Positions 45,529 to 57,691 of a stretch of DNA of 64,000 nt are shown here, piece by piece. Origin of the DNA: an uncultured Phycisphaerales bacterium (GTDB lineage: Bacteria > Planctomycetota > Phycisphaerae > Sedimentisphaerales > Anaerobacaceae); the NCBI GenBank assembly GCA_963772725.1, contig CAVYYI010000002.1, forward strand, positions 160,001 to 224,000, written 5' to 3'. Both the position numbers and the translations under genes were made by a program. The first letter of the stretch is position 1, and each line of letters opens with the position of its first letter. The notes under the pieces are model-generated. The model searched no databases. It saw only the letters and a program-made list of their open reading frames with translations, and had not been told where the DNA came from.

Positions 45529-48500
45529 GCCTTACCGCTAGATTTACGTTGGACTTTCCTGCTATTATTTTTGCTGTAATTCAATACATGCTCAATGATG
45601 CTTTCCCCGATAACTTCGCCAAGTTTTACAGGAACTGCATTGCCGATCAAGCGGCCAATTACTTTGCGATGGATCGGCTCTCCTTTGCGAACAAATTTAT
45701 AACTCTTTGGGAAACTTTGCAAGATTGCCCCTTCTCTAAGAGAAATGGCTCTATTTTGTTCTGGGTCCCAAAACGGCCGTTACCAAAGCCATAAAATTGT
45801 GTTGTTATTGGTAACCGTCCGACCAAGTACATATTGTAAATGCTGATGAGGTAGGGATAATCGTTTTTGGTTTTGAGGTTTATTTAAGGAACAAAATCAT
45901 GAGCGATAATGGTAAAGTCACAAAAGCGGACCAGACCGAGTTCTGGAAAATGGTTTTGGAAACATACAAATCAAGCAATCTGTCAATTCATCAATTTTGC
46001 AAACAGGAAGGTCTTCACGAATGGGCATTTTACTCTTGGCGTAGAAAGCTGGCAGGTCAGCAGCCTCAAAAATTCGTTACTCCAACAACACCAGATAATC
46101 CGGCATTTATCGAAGTTCCCGTCATACGCCCAAAGCCGCAGCCATTGGAACTTATACTAAGAAGCGGTCATATACTGAAAATACCCTCTGACATTGACCA
46201 GGGCACAATCAATAAGGTTTTCTCTGCATTAAAGGAAACACAGTTGTGCTGACTTTACCCTGTTCGGTACGTATTTTTGTCTCTGTTGATCCAACTGATA
46301 TGCGTTGCAGTTTCGACCGTCTGGCCGCGATGACACAAACTATTTTAGGGCAGGACCCTTTAAGCGGTCATCTGTTTGTATTTTTCAATCGTTACCGCGA
46401 CAGATGCAAGATACTATTCTGGGACAGGACGGGGTTTTGTCTATGGTACAAAAGGCTGGAAGAGGGTGTATTTCGATTGCCGCATCATTCTTCAGTAAAA
46501 TGTCTTGAGATGGATTTGGCAAGGCTGACGCTGGTTCTCGAGGGCATAGACCTTTGTTCGGCACATCAGCGAAAAAGATTTTCAATTGGAAACGGCATAT
46601 TTTGATAATCTCAAAAAAAATATTTCACTTTTTTTTGAATATTATCATTATTTCTCTTGACATTATCCGATTATATGATATATAGGAGTCATCGTTACGG
46701 ATAATGATGTAGAAAAAAGCTTTAACGGAATAAATGATTACAACAAACACACCTATTACAGAACTGCCCAGCGACGTTGAAACCCTCAGAGAGATGGTTT
46801 TAAAACTGTTGGCTAATGTTGACGACCTCAATCAGCAGCTGGCCTGGTTCAAGCGTCATGTATTCGGCAGAAGGAGCGAGAAGCTTGATCCTGCCCAGAG
46901 GCTGCTTTTTGAGGGTCTTTGTACAGAACTTGAGTCGAGGATTGCGGCAGAACAACAAAAGGCTGATGCATGTGTTGAAACGCCGAAACCAAAGAATGCC
47001 AGTCATCATGGCAGACGTCCTTTACCTGAGGATTTACCCCGCCAGCGGATAGAGTATCATCCCCCGGAAGAGGAACTTATCTGCCCATCCTGCGGAAAAG
47101 AAAAACAGGTAATCGGCGAAGAGATAACAGAGCAGCTTGATTATGTGCCTGCATCATTTGTTGTTCGTCAGCATGTGCGCATTAAATATGCCTGCCCTGA
47201 CTGCAAAGAAAATGTATCCATAGCAGAACTTCCTGCATTTCCCATAGAAAAGGGTCGTCCCGGGACAGGACTGCTTGCTCATATAATTACCAGCAAATAT
47301 ACCGACCACCTCCCGCTTAATCGTCAGGAGAATATTTTCGGTCGGCATGATGTGGAAATCAGGCGTTCCACTATGTGTGACTGGGTAGGGCAATGTGCCG
47401 GTCTGCTTGAGCCTATCGCCAAAGAAATGAAGAGGCAGTTGTTAAAATCGCCTAAGATTCATACCGATGATACGACCATCCCTGTTCAGTGCAAGGATCG
47501 TAAAAGCACTTATGACGGTTATTTATGGGTATATGCCGATATGAGTGATAATGTTGTGTTCGATTTTACACCGACACGATGTCGGGATGGGCCTATCAAT
47601 TTTCTGGGGAGTTACAGCGGATATATACAGGCGGATGCATACAAGGGTTACGACAAGCTCTTTGCCGAAGGCAGATGTACTGAGGTAGGCTGCTGGCGCA
47701 TTGCAGGCGCAAGTTTGATGAGGCTATTGAGACTGATAAGGAGCGAGCCGGGATTATGCTCGCATTGATAGGCAGTCTCTACGATGTGGAACGTGATGCA
47801 AAGAGACGTAACCTTGACGCTGACAGTATAAAGTCACTGCGTCAGGAAAAGAGTAAACCCATTCTCGAAGAGATTCGCAGAGTCATTGATAGCTGGTCGC
47901 TACAGATTTTGCCGAAGAGTCCAATTGGCAAGGCGATAAATTATGCACTTGGTCAGTGGAAAGCATTAAACAGATATATTGAGAACGGAATCCTTTCGAT
48001 AGATAATAATCTTTCAGAACGGATTTTAAGAATGGTTGTTCTCGGGCGTAAAAACTGGCTGTTTGCCGGCAATGAGAACAGAGCCAAAGGGCAGCGACCA
48101 TATACAGTCTGGTTGCAAGCTGCAAACTAAGTGATATTGACCCATTCGTATATTTCAGGGATGTTCTTGAACGTGTCAGCACGCACCCCAACAGCCGGAT
48201 TGCCGAACTGACACCTCCAAACTGGAAAAAGCTGTATTTCAAATCTGTCACAGAAGCAAACCCAACTCAAAACAACTAAACGACAGCCCCATTCTTCGTA
48301 AAAATAAATTTCACTTGTGTACTATCCGCAACCTGTAGTTGGTCGGACGGTTACGTTATTGTGGGTGCAGGTTCGTTCCATACCATACGTCCATAAACAC
48401 CAGAATAGGTTTTTCCTGATTTTTTTTTGTGGCATTTTGCAACTAATTTTGAATCCCAATCTCGCCACGTGCCTCCCTGCCCAGATGCTTTAATACGTTG

Positions 48501-49199
48501 CAGATTGATTTTAGAAAGTGCACTGGATTGATGCATGGGATCCTTGTTGAAAACTTTGCCAGCTGCTATAGGATGCAAATTAGCAATAGCATTGCGGACT
48601 GTTTTTAGTTTTACACCTTTTTTGGGGGCACGCATTTGAATATGGCCTAATTTGGAAGCCAATAACACAAGTCTTTGTCGTTGTTGAGGTAGTCCGTATT
48701 CTAAGCAATTGACAATACTATAGGTTACCTTGTAACCAGTATTTTTAAGATTGGAAACAAACTCGTCGAATATTTCATGTTCTATCAATCCAGGAACATT
48801 CTCCATAGTTACAAGTTCAGGAGATAACTCTTTTACAAGTCTAGAGAACTCCAACAACAGCCACCAGCGTTGATCTTCAGAATCAGCTTTTTGATTATAT
48901 TTAGAAAATGTTTGACAAGGTGCACATCCTGCTAGCAAACGGATATTGCCGGGTATGAATACAGATTCTATTTCTTCTGCTTTAACCTCTTGCACAGATT
49001 TTAATAGAAATGCAGCATTGTTGTTTATTGTATATGGATACTCACAGGCAGGATCTATGTCTACTCCAAGCCGAACGTTAATTCCTGCTTTTTCCAAACC
49101 TCTTGTTAAGCCACCAACTCCACAGAACAAATCTATTGCAGAAATTTTCGTTCTATTCTTAGATTGTAATATCGTTGACTTATGTTTGCATTTCACCAT
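45525..49199 (-). pseudogene. C5 DNA cytosine methyltransferase interrupted by IS66
   Basis: DLFCGVGG, GCAPCQ, MENV, PQQRQR, YGRMVWNEPAPTIT | TQFYGFGNGRFG, LQSFP and IGNAVP; its stop overlaps the drmD start (ATGA). Confidence 0.9.
45811..48354 (+). mobile_element. IS66-family element, copy 1 (tnpA 45899..46252, tnpB 46246..46605, tnpC 46734..48279 frameshifted)
   Basis: IR GTAACCGTCCGACCAA / TTGGTCGGACGGTTAC, duplicated target GTTATTG, TnpB motif PTDMRCSFDRL and TnpC DDE core. Confidence 0.95.
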
Positions 49200-49253
49200 A
49201 ATTCTTTTGGTGTCCTTCTATGTAACAATTCAATCTACATTGCAACATAATAT

Positions 49254-49457
49254 TTATGAAAGCAGTATGGATATATTTGCCTTTGAATTTTTAAAAGATT
49301 CTTCATTTTCATATTCACAAATTACTTCATCAGAAATTACAACAAGATGTCCATCATTACGACGTATTAGCACAAGCCATATATTGCCTCCAGATTGCTA
49401 ATATCGTCATCCCAAAGCATCCGCAATCATTTCAGCCTGTTCTTCATTCATAAACAT
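49254..49457 (-). pseudogene. Small hypothetical gene with two in-frame stops
   Basis: RBS AAGGAG, then MFMNEEQAEMIADALG*RY*QSGGNIWLVLIRRNDGHLVVISDEVICEYENEESF...LLS*. Confidence 0.55.
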
Positions 49458-49503
49458 TCTCCTTTCGCTATAAATCCAGTAATCCACTATAAATGACAGT
49501 TGC

Positions 49504-52497
49504 CTATGAATCCAATGCCTTCCCTAAGCAGAAATTATTTCCATAACCCAAGTATTTTACGCACATTCTTCTCGCCTCATCCCAATCGTAATCGGTGCCA
49601 TCGCTCATGACTTTTGTAACCGTCCGACCAAGTACATATTGTAAATGCTGATGAGGTAGGGATAATCGTTTTTGGTTTTGAGGTTTATTTAAGGAACAAA
49701 ATCATGAGCGATAATGGTAAAGTCACAAAAGCGGACCAGACCGAGTTCTGGAAAATGGTTTTGGAAACATACAAATCAAGCAATCTGTCAATTCATCAAT
49801 TTTGCAAACAGGAAGGTCTTCACGAATGGGCATTTTACTCTTGGCGTAGAAAGCTGGCAGGTCAGCAGCCTCAAAAATTCGTTACTCCAACAACACCAGA
49901 TAATCCGGCATTTATCGAAGTTCCCGTCATACGCCCAAAGCCGCAGCCATTGGAACTTATACTAAGAAGCGGTCATATACTGAAAATACCCTCTGACATT
50001 GACCAGGGCACAATCAATAAGGTTTTCTCTGCATTAAAGGAAACACAGTTGTGCTGACTTTACCCTGTTCGGTACGTATTTTTGTCTCTGTTGATCCAAC
50101 TGATATGCGTTGCAGTTTCGACCGTCTGGCCGCGATGACACAAACTATTTTAGGGCAGGACCCTTTAAGCGGTCATCTGTTTGTATTTTTCAATCGTTAC
50201 CGCGACAGATGCAAGATACTATTCTGGGACAGGACGGGGTTTTGTCTATGGTACAAAAGGCTGGAAGAGGGTGTATTTCGATTGCCGCATCATTCTTCAG
50301 TAAAATGTCTTGAGATGGATTTGGCAAGGCTGACGCTGGTTCTCGAGGGCATAGACCTTTGTTCGGCACATCAGCGAAAAAGATTTTCAATTGGAAACGG
50401 CATATTTTGATAATCTCAAAAAAAATATTTCACTTTTTTTTGAATATTATCATTATTTCTCTTGACATTATCCGATTATATGATATATAGGAGTCATCGT
50501 TACGGATAATGATGTAGAAAAAAGCTTTAACGGAATAAATGATTACAACAAACACACCTATTACAGAACTGCCCAGCGACGTTGAAACCCTCAGAGAGAT
50601 GGTTTTAAAACTGTTGGCTAATGTTGACGACCTCAATCAGCAGCTGGCCTGGTTCAAGCGTCATGTATTCGGCAGAAGGAGCGAGAAGCTTGATCCTGCC
50701 CAGAGGCTGCTTTTTGAGGGTCTTTGTACAGAACTTGAGTCGAGGATTGCGGCAGAACAACAAAAGGCTGATGCATGTGTTGAAACGCCGAAACCAAAGA
50801 ATGCCAGTCATCATGGCAGACGTCCTTTACCTGAGGATTTACCCCGCCAGCGGATAGAGTATCATCCCCCGGAAGAGGAACTTATCTGCCCATCCTGCGG
50901 AAAAGAAAAACAGGTAATCGGCGAAGAGATAACAGAGCAGCTTGATTATGTGCCTGCATCATTTGTTGTTCGTCAGCATGTGCGCATTAAATATGCCTGC
51001 CCTGACTGCAAAGAAAATGTATCCATAGCAGAACTTCCTGCATTTCCCATAGAAAAGGGTCGTCCCGGGACAGGACTGCTTGCTCATATAATTACCAGCA
51101 AATATACCGACCACCTCCCGCTTAATCGTCAGGAGAATATTTTCGGTCGGCATGATGTGGAAATCAGGCGTTCCACTATGTGTGACTGGGTAGGGCAATG
51201 TGCCGGTCTGCTTGAGCCTATCGCCAAAGAAATGAAGAGGCAGTTGTTAAAATCGCCTAAGATTCATACCGATGATACGACCATCCCTGTTCAGTGCAAG
51301 GATCGTAAAAGCACTTATGACGGTTATTTATGGGTATATGCCGATATGAGTGATAATGTTGTGTTCGATTTTACACCGACACGATGTCGGGATGGGCCTA
51401 TCAATTTTCTGGGGAGTTACAGCGGATATATACAGGCGGATGCATACAAGGGTTACGACAAGCTCTTTGCCGAAGGCAGATGTACTGAGGTAGGCTGCTG
51501 GGCGCATTGCAGGCGCAAGTTTGATGAGGCTATTGAGACTGATAAGGAGCGAGCCGGGATTATGCTCGCATTGATAGGCAGTCTCTACGATGTGGAACGT
51601 GATGCAAAGAGACGTAACCTTGACGCTGACAGTATAAAGTCACTGCGTCAGGAAAAGAGTAAACCCATTCTCGAAGAGATTCGCAGAGTCATTGATAGCT
51701 GGTCGCTACAGATTTTGCCGAAGAGTCCAATTGGCAAGGCGATAAATTATGCACTTGGTCAGTGGAAAGCATTAAACAGATATATTGAGAACGGAATCCT
51801 TTCGATAGATAATAATCTTTCAGAACGGATTTTAAGAATGGTTGTTCTCGGGCGTAAAAACTGGCTGTTTGCCGGCAATGAGAACGGAGCCAAAGGGCAG
51901 CGACCATATACAGTCTGGTTGCAAGCTGCAAACTAAGTGATATTGACCCATTCGTATATTTCAGGGATGTTCTTGAACGTGTCAGCACGCACCCCAACAG
52001 CCGGATTGCCGAACTGACACCTCCAAACTGGAAAAAGCTGTATTTCAAATCTGTCACAGAAGCAAACCCAACTCAAAACAACTAAACGACAGCCCCATTC
52101 TTCGTAAAAATAAATTTCACTTGTGTACTATCCGCAACCTGTAGTTGGTCGGACGGTTACTGACTTTTATAGCAATGGCTAAATGATGTTGGAATATAAT
52201 CAATGCGCACTGGACACACAGGTCATATGGCAAATGTTCTGTTTTACAGTATTCTGCCGCTATTGTTCTTCCATGCCTGGGCTGCTGTATCCTGTTTATG
52301 ATAAATGGCTCGCAACCAGACCCATCAGCACCGTTGAATACTATCTTGTCATCGGTAAGTAGTGGTTTACCTTTTCCCTGTGCGTCGCCAATGGGAGCCG
52401 TGAGCGATTTAAATATCTTTCTGCAGTCAGCGACGGCATCAGCAAAAGGTTTTGCTGACAATTCGACATCTCTTTGCCAATAATGTGTCCAGCCCAT
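49504..52497 (-). pseudogene. Hypothetical protein (MGWTHYW... type) interrupted by IS66 copy 2
   Basis: ...YCKTEHLPYDLCVQCALIIFQHHLAIAIKV rejoins MSDGTDYDWDEARRMC...DS* after removing the IS and TSD. Confidence 0.75.
49616..52160 (+). mobile_element. IS66-family element, copy 2 (tnpA 49704..50057, tnpB 50051..50410, tnpC 50539..52085)
   Basis: Same IRs as copy 1; 8-bp TSD TGACTTTT. Confidence 0.95.
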
Positions 52498-52546
52498 AAA
52501 TCATTCTCTTAAAATTTAACTACTAAATTCTTAAACATAACTTTAA

Positions 52547-52729
52547 CTATCCTTTAGATGAAGCCTTGTCAGAACGTACCCATTTATCAATTTCTTTAAC
52601 TTGAAACTTCAAAAGCCTACCCACTTTATGTGCGGGCATTCTTTTCCTGGCAACCCATTTATAAACAGTGTCTTTCTTTACTCCCAGATGCTCCGCAATT
52701 TCGTTAACGGAAACCCATCTTTCAACCAT
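52547..52729 (-). CDS. Small excisionase-type HTH protein heading the defence operon (Mad1-like)
   Basis: RWVSVNEIAEHLGVKKDTVYKWV...MPAHKVGRLLKF...EIDKWVR. Confidence 0.85.
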   Translation of the reverse strand: MVERWVSVNEIAEHLGVKKDTVYKWVARKRMPAHKVGRLLKFQVKEIDKWVRSDKASSKG

Positions 52730-52984
52730 AATTGTTCACCTTTCATGACAGAGGTAAAAAAACGGACTGTTGTTCAACAGAATTTAATCATATGGCTTTG
52801 CTGAAGTCAAGTGATTAATTAGGATGACATAGTACGAGCTGGAATTAAGCAACAAACATTTTTGGCATTCCAACTAATGATAAAACAAGGACTTATAACT
52901 TTTTTTGGATTTTCTCTTGCGCTTGCTCTTCGTTTTCGCTACGCTGAAGTTGATAAATATTAACTTTTGTGAAAGGGCAAAATT

Positions 52985-53281
52985 ATGAGCTTAGGAATCA
53001 GAAAAATTATTGTGATCTTGTTAATCGGGTTGATCTTCCTCGCTGGCAACATTCTGCTGGTGGCTAACTGGTTAAACGAAAAAGGTGTTTCTGAAAAAGC
53101 TAATTGGCTTCGGGAAAATTTCCTTACAGGTACCGCTATTGCTGTTATAACAGCACTGCTTATTTTGCTGGTTAATCCTGTCAGAGGAAAACTTGGTTTT
53201 GCTCATTGCTGTCCAGTCTGTGACAAACGGTTATTAGGAAACCCCAATTACTGCTCTGAATGTGGCAGTAAAGTCGCTTAA
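52985..53281 (+). CDS. Two-TM membrane protein with C-terminal zinc ribbon
   Basis: Two hydrophobic segments followed by CPVC...CSECG. Confidence 0.7.
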   Translation: MSLGIRKIIVILLIGLIFLAGNILLVANWLNEKGVSEKANWLRENFLTGTAIAVITALLILLVNPVRGKLGFAHCCPVCDKRLLGNPNYCSECGSKVA

Positions 53282-53456
53282 TTCCAATTCGTGTTTTTAG
53301 CTCAAAAATGAAGGTGAAAGTGAGCATCGGATATTTGATCCGAAGTTCTTTATTGGGGCTACTCAGAGTGGAAAGATAGAGCAACGGACATTCAATCCGC
53401 AGGTCATTTGTAAATCTTGATAGATATCTTTCCCCTGAATTTTGCGACAAAACTAT

Positions 53457-55643
53457 TCACCTCGGTCTAATATTACGAAAACAAGCAATGCTGATTCGTA
53501 TCTGGGTATAATTTGCCTTGCCCTTTAGGAAATCAAAAATGGGTTTCATCCTATCGCTGCCAATTTGCTTTACAGCCTCTACGATAAGACCAAATGTTCG
53601 CTCATCAATCCATGGATATGGGCTGTCGATTTTTTGCTGTTTAATGTATTCAACCAGGTATTGAGTTGTGGTCGATTCTGCTCGATTGATAGATTTTGCT
53701 ACTTTTTTTATAGAAAGTTTCTGCTCGAACAATTTGAAGGCAAGCTGTCTTGCCTTGCTCAAATTCGAAGGCATTTTTGATTTGTTAAGCGGCAATCTGG
53801 CTGAAACTCTTTCCGGATTTACACCAATATCCATCTCCAGTGAATTTGCCAGACAGTAATCTTTAATAGCGGCAAGAACAACTTCACCATACTGTTGGCA
53901 TTTTTTCTCGCCTACTCCCTTAACTTCCAGAAAACCTTCAAGCGTGGAAGGCCTTCGCCTGGCCATGTCTCTCAGTGCTGCATCGCCAAAGACTATATAA
54001 GCAGGAATCTTTTTTTTGCCTGCAATAGCTGCCCGCAATTTTCGCAAGGCTTCAAATAGTCCCTTATCAACACCATCCCATGAATCTGCGGCAACCTTTG
54101 AGACTTCTTCTGTCTGTCTTTTCTGCAGGTTTCAACAGACGAGGTGTTTCCTTGCCTTTTAAAACGTCCCAGCCCTTCTCGGTTATGTTCAGAACGTTGT
54201 ATTCGCCGGCTTTTTCAATATAACCCTGCCCGGCAAGCTGTTCAATCCAGTCATGCACAGTGTGTTTTGAATAGTCGCTAAGCAGGCCGTAGGTACTGAG
54301 CTTGTCATGGTTGTTTTCTGTTATTCGCTTATCTGTCGAGCCAGTCAGTACCAAAGCAGTGTAGCCGCCACCAAATCGCTGGTCGAGGCGAACAATGCAC
54401 GACAGGATTTTCTGGGCAGTTACTAATGCATCATCAATGCAGTCCAGTTCACCAAGACACATATCGCAGGCGATGCAGTTATCTTTATTAAGGTTCTGGC
54501 CAAAGTATTGAAGAATCGCCTTATGCCTGCATACTCCGCCGGTGCAGTAGCTGTACATTTCGCCGAGCTTGACCATAGCGATCTTTTGAGCTTCAGCCGG
54601 CATATCGCTCATCAGGCTTTTCCAGATACCGTAGTCACCGCCTGAATAGAACAGGCAGCATTCAGCCTCAAGACCATCACGACCTGCCCGGCCGCTTTCC
54701 TGCTGATAATGCTCAAGCGATTTTGGCATACCCGTGTGAATGACATATCGCACATTGGACTTATCGATACCCATGCCAAAGGCAATGGTAGCTACAATGG
54801 TATCAACCTTCTCATCGATGAATGCCTCCTGATTTGTCTTTCGGTCTTCGTCATTCATGCCGGCATGGTATGGTGCAACGCTGTAGCCTTGGCCTTTCAG
54901 TTGAGCACACATCTCATCGACATCTTTGCGCCGGATGCAGTAGATAATGCCGGATTCGCCTTTGTGCCGGTCAAGCACGGCACAAACCTGTTTTATTATG
55001 TTCTTTCGTGGCTGGACTTTATAGACCAGATTCGGCCTGTCGAATGAGCCAATCAGTATTTGCGGGTTTTTTAAGCCTCAATTGCTCTGGCAATATCGTT
55101 GCGAACCTGTTCGGTAGCGGTAGCGGTGTAGGCAGCAATGGTAACATCAGGGAAAATCTGCTTTAATAATCCCAGTTGGCGATATTCTGGTCGAAAATCA
55201 TGTCCCCACATACTGACACAATGGGCTTCATCAATAGCGATAAACGATAATTCAAGCTTTCGAAGAATCTCAAGAAAGCCATCTGAAACAAGCCGTTCAG
55301 GAGATAAGTAAAGAAGTTTAAGCGTTTTATTGTGTATCTTCGCGATGACATCTCTCTGCTCACCGGATGAAAGTGAACTGTCAATACGCGCAGCAGGAAC
55401 ACCGCATTCGGTCAATGCATCAACCTGATCTTTCATCAGAGAAATCAGCGGTGAAACCACAACGGCAAGTCCCGGCATAGTCACAGCCGGTGCCTGAAAA
55501 CAAAGCGATTTGCCTCCGCCTGTCGGCAGAACCACAATCGAATCCTGCCCACGACTGATACACTCCATAGCCTGTTTCTGCAGCGGCAGGAAACTGTCAT
55601 AGCCCCAATATTTACCTAATGCCTTTTGAATATTTTCCATCAT
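53457..55643 (-). CDS. recQ: ATP-dependent DNA helicase RecQ with HRDC and C-terminal HTH (frameshifts near 55070 and 54110)
   Basis: PTGGGKSLCFQ, DEAHCVSMWGHDFRPEY, ATIAFGMGIDK, YQQESGRAGRDG, Zn/RQC region and HRDC PAYIVFGDAAL. Confidence 0.92.
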
Positions 55644-55988
55644 AAATAATGTACTCTTAAAGATCAGTTTTAACAGTTGTTGTGTTTTTAGGTCGGATTA
55701 GCTCCAGAGCTTCCAGTATCCCATCTCCAAATACACAAACCGCCAAGTTCAGGCAACTGGTTACGAGTCGTACCTGTAAGCAAAAGAGTTCCCTGATCGA
55801 ATGACAGGAATACTTGTTTATGCAAATCTGTTTTGCTCATGGGGCCGTATCATAACATCAAACAGCCCTTTTTGCTATATTACGAAGAGTTCTTACCAAA
55901 AAAGTGAAACTATCGGTAATTAGCTGCCGCTATTTACAGTGAAGCAATAATCCAGCAATTTGAAAACGTAAAACTAAAGGAGTGGCCC

Positions 55989-56894
55989 GTGCCAACAGAA
56001 CTGAAAGAAAAAGAATTCGATATCCTTAAAGCGGCGGCAGAATACCGGCTTCTCACTGCAAATCAGATTGCGATACTTTTGGGCAGGAATAAACAGTCTC
56101 TCAGAAGAAAATTAAGTGAGCTTGAAAATCAAGACTATCTGCTGGTACAGTTACACGAATTAGGCCGCAGCCGAGGTCGGCCTGATAGACTATTCAGCCT
56201 TACAGACCAGGGAATTAAGTTACTTAAATTGCAAGGTATTCTTGCCGAAAAAATACCTTGTGAAAATATACTGGCTGAAAGTATTTCAACTGTTGACCAT
56301 CAGTTGATGATGAACTGTTTCAGGATTCATTTGGTCTATCTGGAAAGAGTTGTTAAAAGAATCAAGGTTCAATTCCTATCCTGTAATTCACCATTTCTGC
56401 CTGTAACCGAGTCTGGTTATTGCTTTATAACAAATTTCGTGGCCGATGCCGCCGGCAAACGAATGTTCACTCCTGACGGTGTTTTTACAATAACCGATAC
56501 TATTGAAGCCAAAAGTCTTTTGTTTTTCCTTGAGGCAGACTGCGGTAGTGAGACCCTGGCGAGTCCGGAAAGGCACATCAGAGACATTAGGCAAAAGATT
56601 GCAAATTACGGTTCATACTTTGACAACCTGGGCTATAAAAGATACGAGGAATTCTGGAATTGCAGGCTGAATGGATTCCGGCTGCTGTTTCTTACCAATG
56701 CCTTATCAAGATTGAATAACCTTTGCAGACTTGTTCGCGAGATGCCGCCTTCTGATTATATCTGGCTGACCCAAAGTCAGGCCATGTTCAAGGAAGGTGT
56801 ATCTGGCAATATTTGGATTCGCGACGGCAATATTGAATCTTCCAGGCAATCTATTTTGGGCTCGCTATGCTGCCAGGCACTGCCTCCAGAATAG
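55989..56894 (+). CDS. Replication-relaxation (Replic_Relax) family protein
   Basis: N-terminal wHTH (YRLLTANQI...FSLTDQG), HQLMMN, PDGVF, FFLEADCGSE, QKIANY and FRLLFLT motif order. Confidence 0.8.
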   Translation: MPTELKEKEFDILKAAAEYRLLTANQIAILLGRNKQSLRRKLSELENQDYLLVQLHELGRSRGRPDRLFSLTDQGIKLLKLQGILAEKIPCENILAESISTVDHQLMMNCFRIHLVYLERVVKRIKVQFLSCNSPFLPVTESGYCFITNFVADAAGKRMFTPDGVFTITDTIEAKSLLFFLEADCGSETLASPERHIRDIRQKIANYGSYFDNLGYKRYEEFWNCRLNGFRLLFLTNALSRLNNLCRLVREMPPSDYIWLTQSQAMFKEGVSGNIWIRDGNIESSRQSILGSLCCQALPPE

Positions 56895-56970
56895 ATCATT
56901 TCAACTTCATTTTAAATAGTCTTTTCGCCCCTTCAGGTTCTTAATTGTTTTGGGTATCTTACCTGAGCCC

Positions 56971-57095
56971 AAAAAAAGTCTCTTAATTGGCAAAAAAGTA
57001 CCGTAATTCGCAGTAAAAAAGTCTCCTAAATCGGCCAAATCAGCGAAAAAAGTATCTTAATCCAGGGTGCAGCATAGTAAAAAAGTACTTTAAAT
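56971..57095 (+). repeat. Five direct repeats AAAAAAGT(A/C)NNNTAA(T/A) (iteron-like)
   Basis: The G of each unit is at 56978, 56998, 57021, 57052 and 57085. Confidence 0.75.
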
Positions 57096-57514
57096 CAACT
57101 AACAAGCCACGAATAACCCTATTTATTACAATGGCTTATGACCGGTATCCTAAATCGACTATATATAAAAAGATACTATTTCAATTACAAACACAAGCAA
57201 AGTCATATACAAAGCCAATACGACCCGCAGACCACATGGAAAAGCTATACCCAAGCGTAAGTGGACGGGGGGCGGGGGTCCGCGAAGCTCCTTTTTATTA
57301 TTTACTGCCAAAATTCTTGACTGCCCTGACTATCCAATTTGCGTAATCGGGATCATAACGACCAGACAGTTCAATCGCCAATAAAAGGCCAGCTTAATGA
57401 ATCTTTTTGCGTTTCTACTTAACAGGATAATCATTTCATTCTGCCTTTCGTGATTCTGCTGAAAAGCGGATGTAACATAATTATTTGGCTTTTTTCTTTG
57501 CTTCTTCTGGCTGT

Positions 57515-57661
57515 CGCTCCGGCCCACGCAGACCCTTTATCGTAAATCTTTCCCCGCCTGCGGGCGGGGTCGGCCTTACGGCCTAAAGATTTATCGAAGG
57601 GTCTGCTAACGGGCCTCCGCTCTCTGTTTCCGGCGGTTCACCATAAAGTGGGTGAACCGCC
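57515..57661. repeat. Structured repeat, copy A (branched hairpin plus CGGTTCAC-N10-GTGAACCG)
   Basis: Near-identical to 57944-58092; self-complementary nested stems. Confidence 0.85.
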
Positions 57662-57691
57662 CTTAAGCAGTTTACCCCGGAGGTAGTTGAA

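Noticed and set aside
57131..57527. ORFs 57131..57346 (+) and 57330..57527 (-)
   Set aside because: No RBS or protein-like features; the region is better read as non-coding origin/regulatory DNA.
57547..57575. TTTCCCCGCCTGCGGGCGGGG resembles a type I-E CRISPR repeat (also near 57976)
   Set aside because: Only two copies 429 bp apart, embedded in a larger conserved fold, with no spacers and no cas genes. Not an array; a solitary-repeat role is unsupported.
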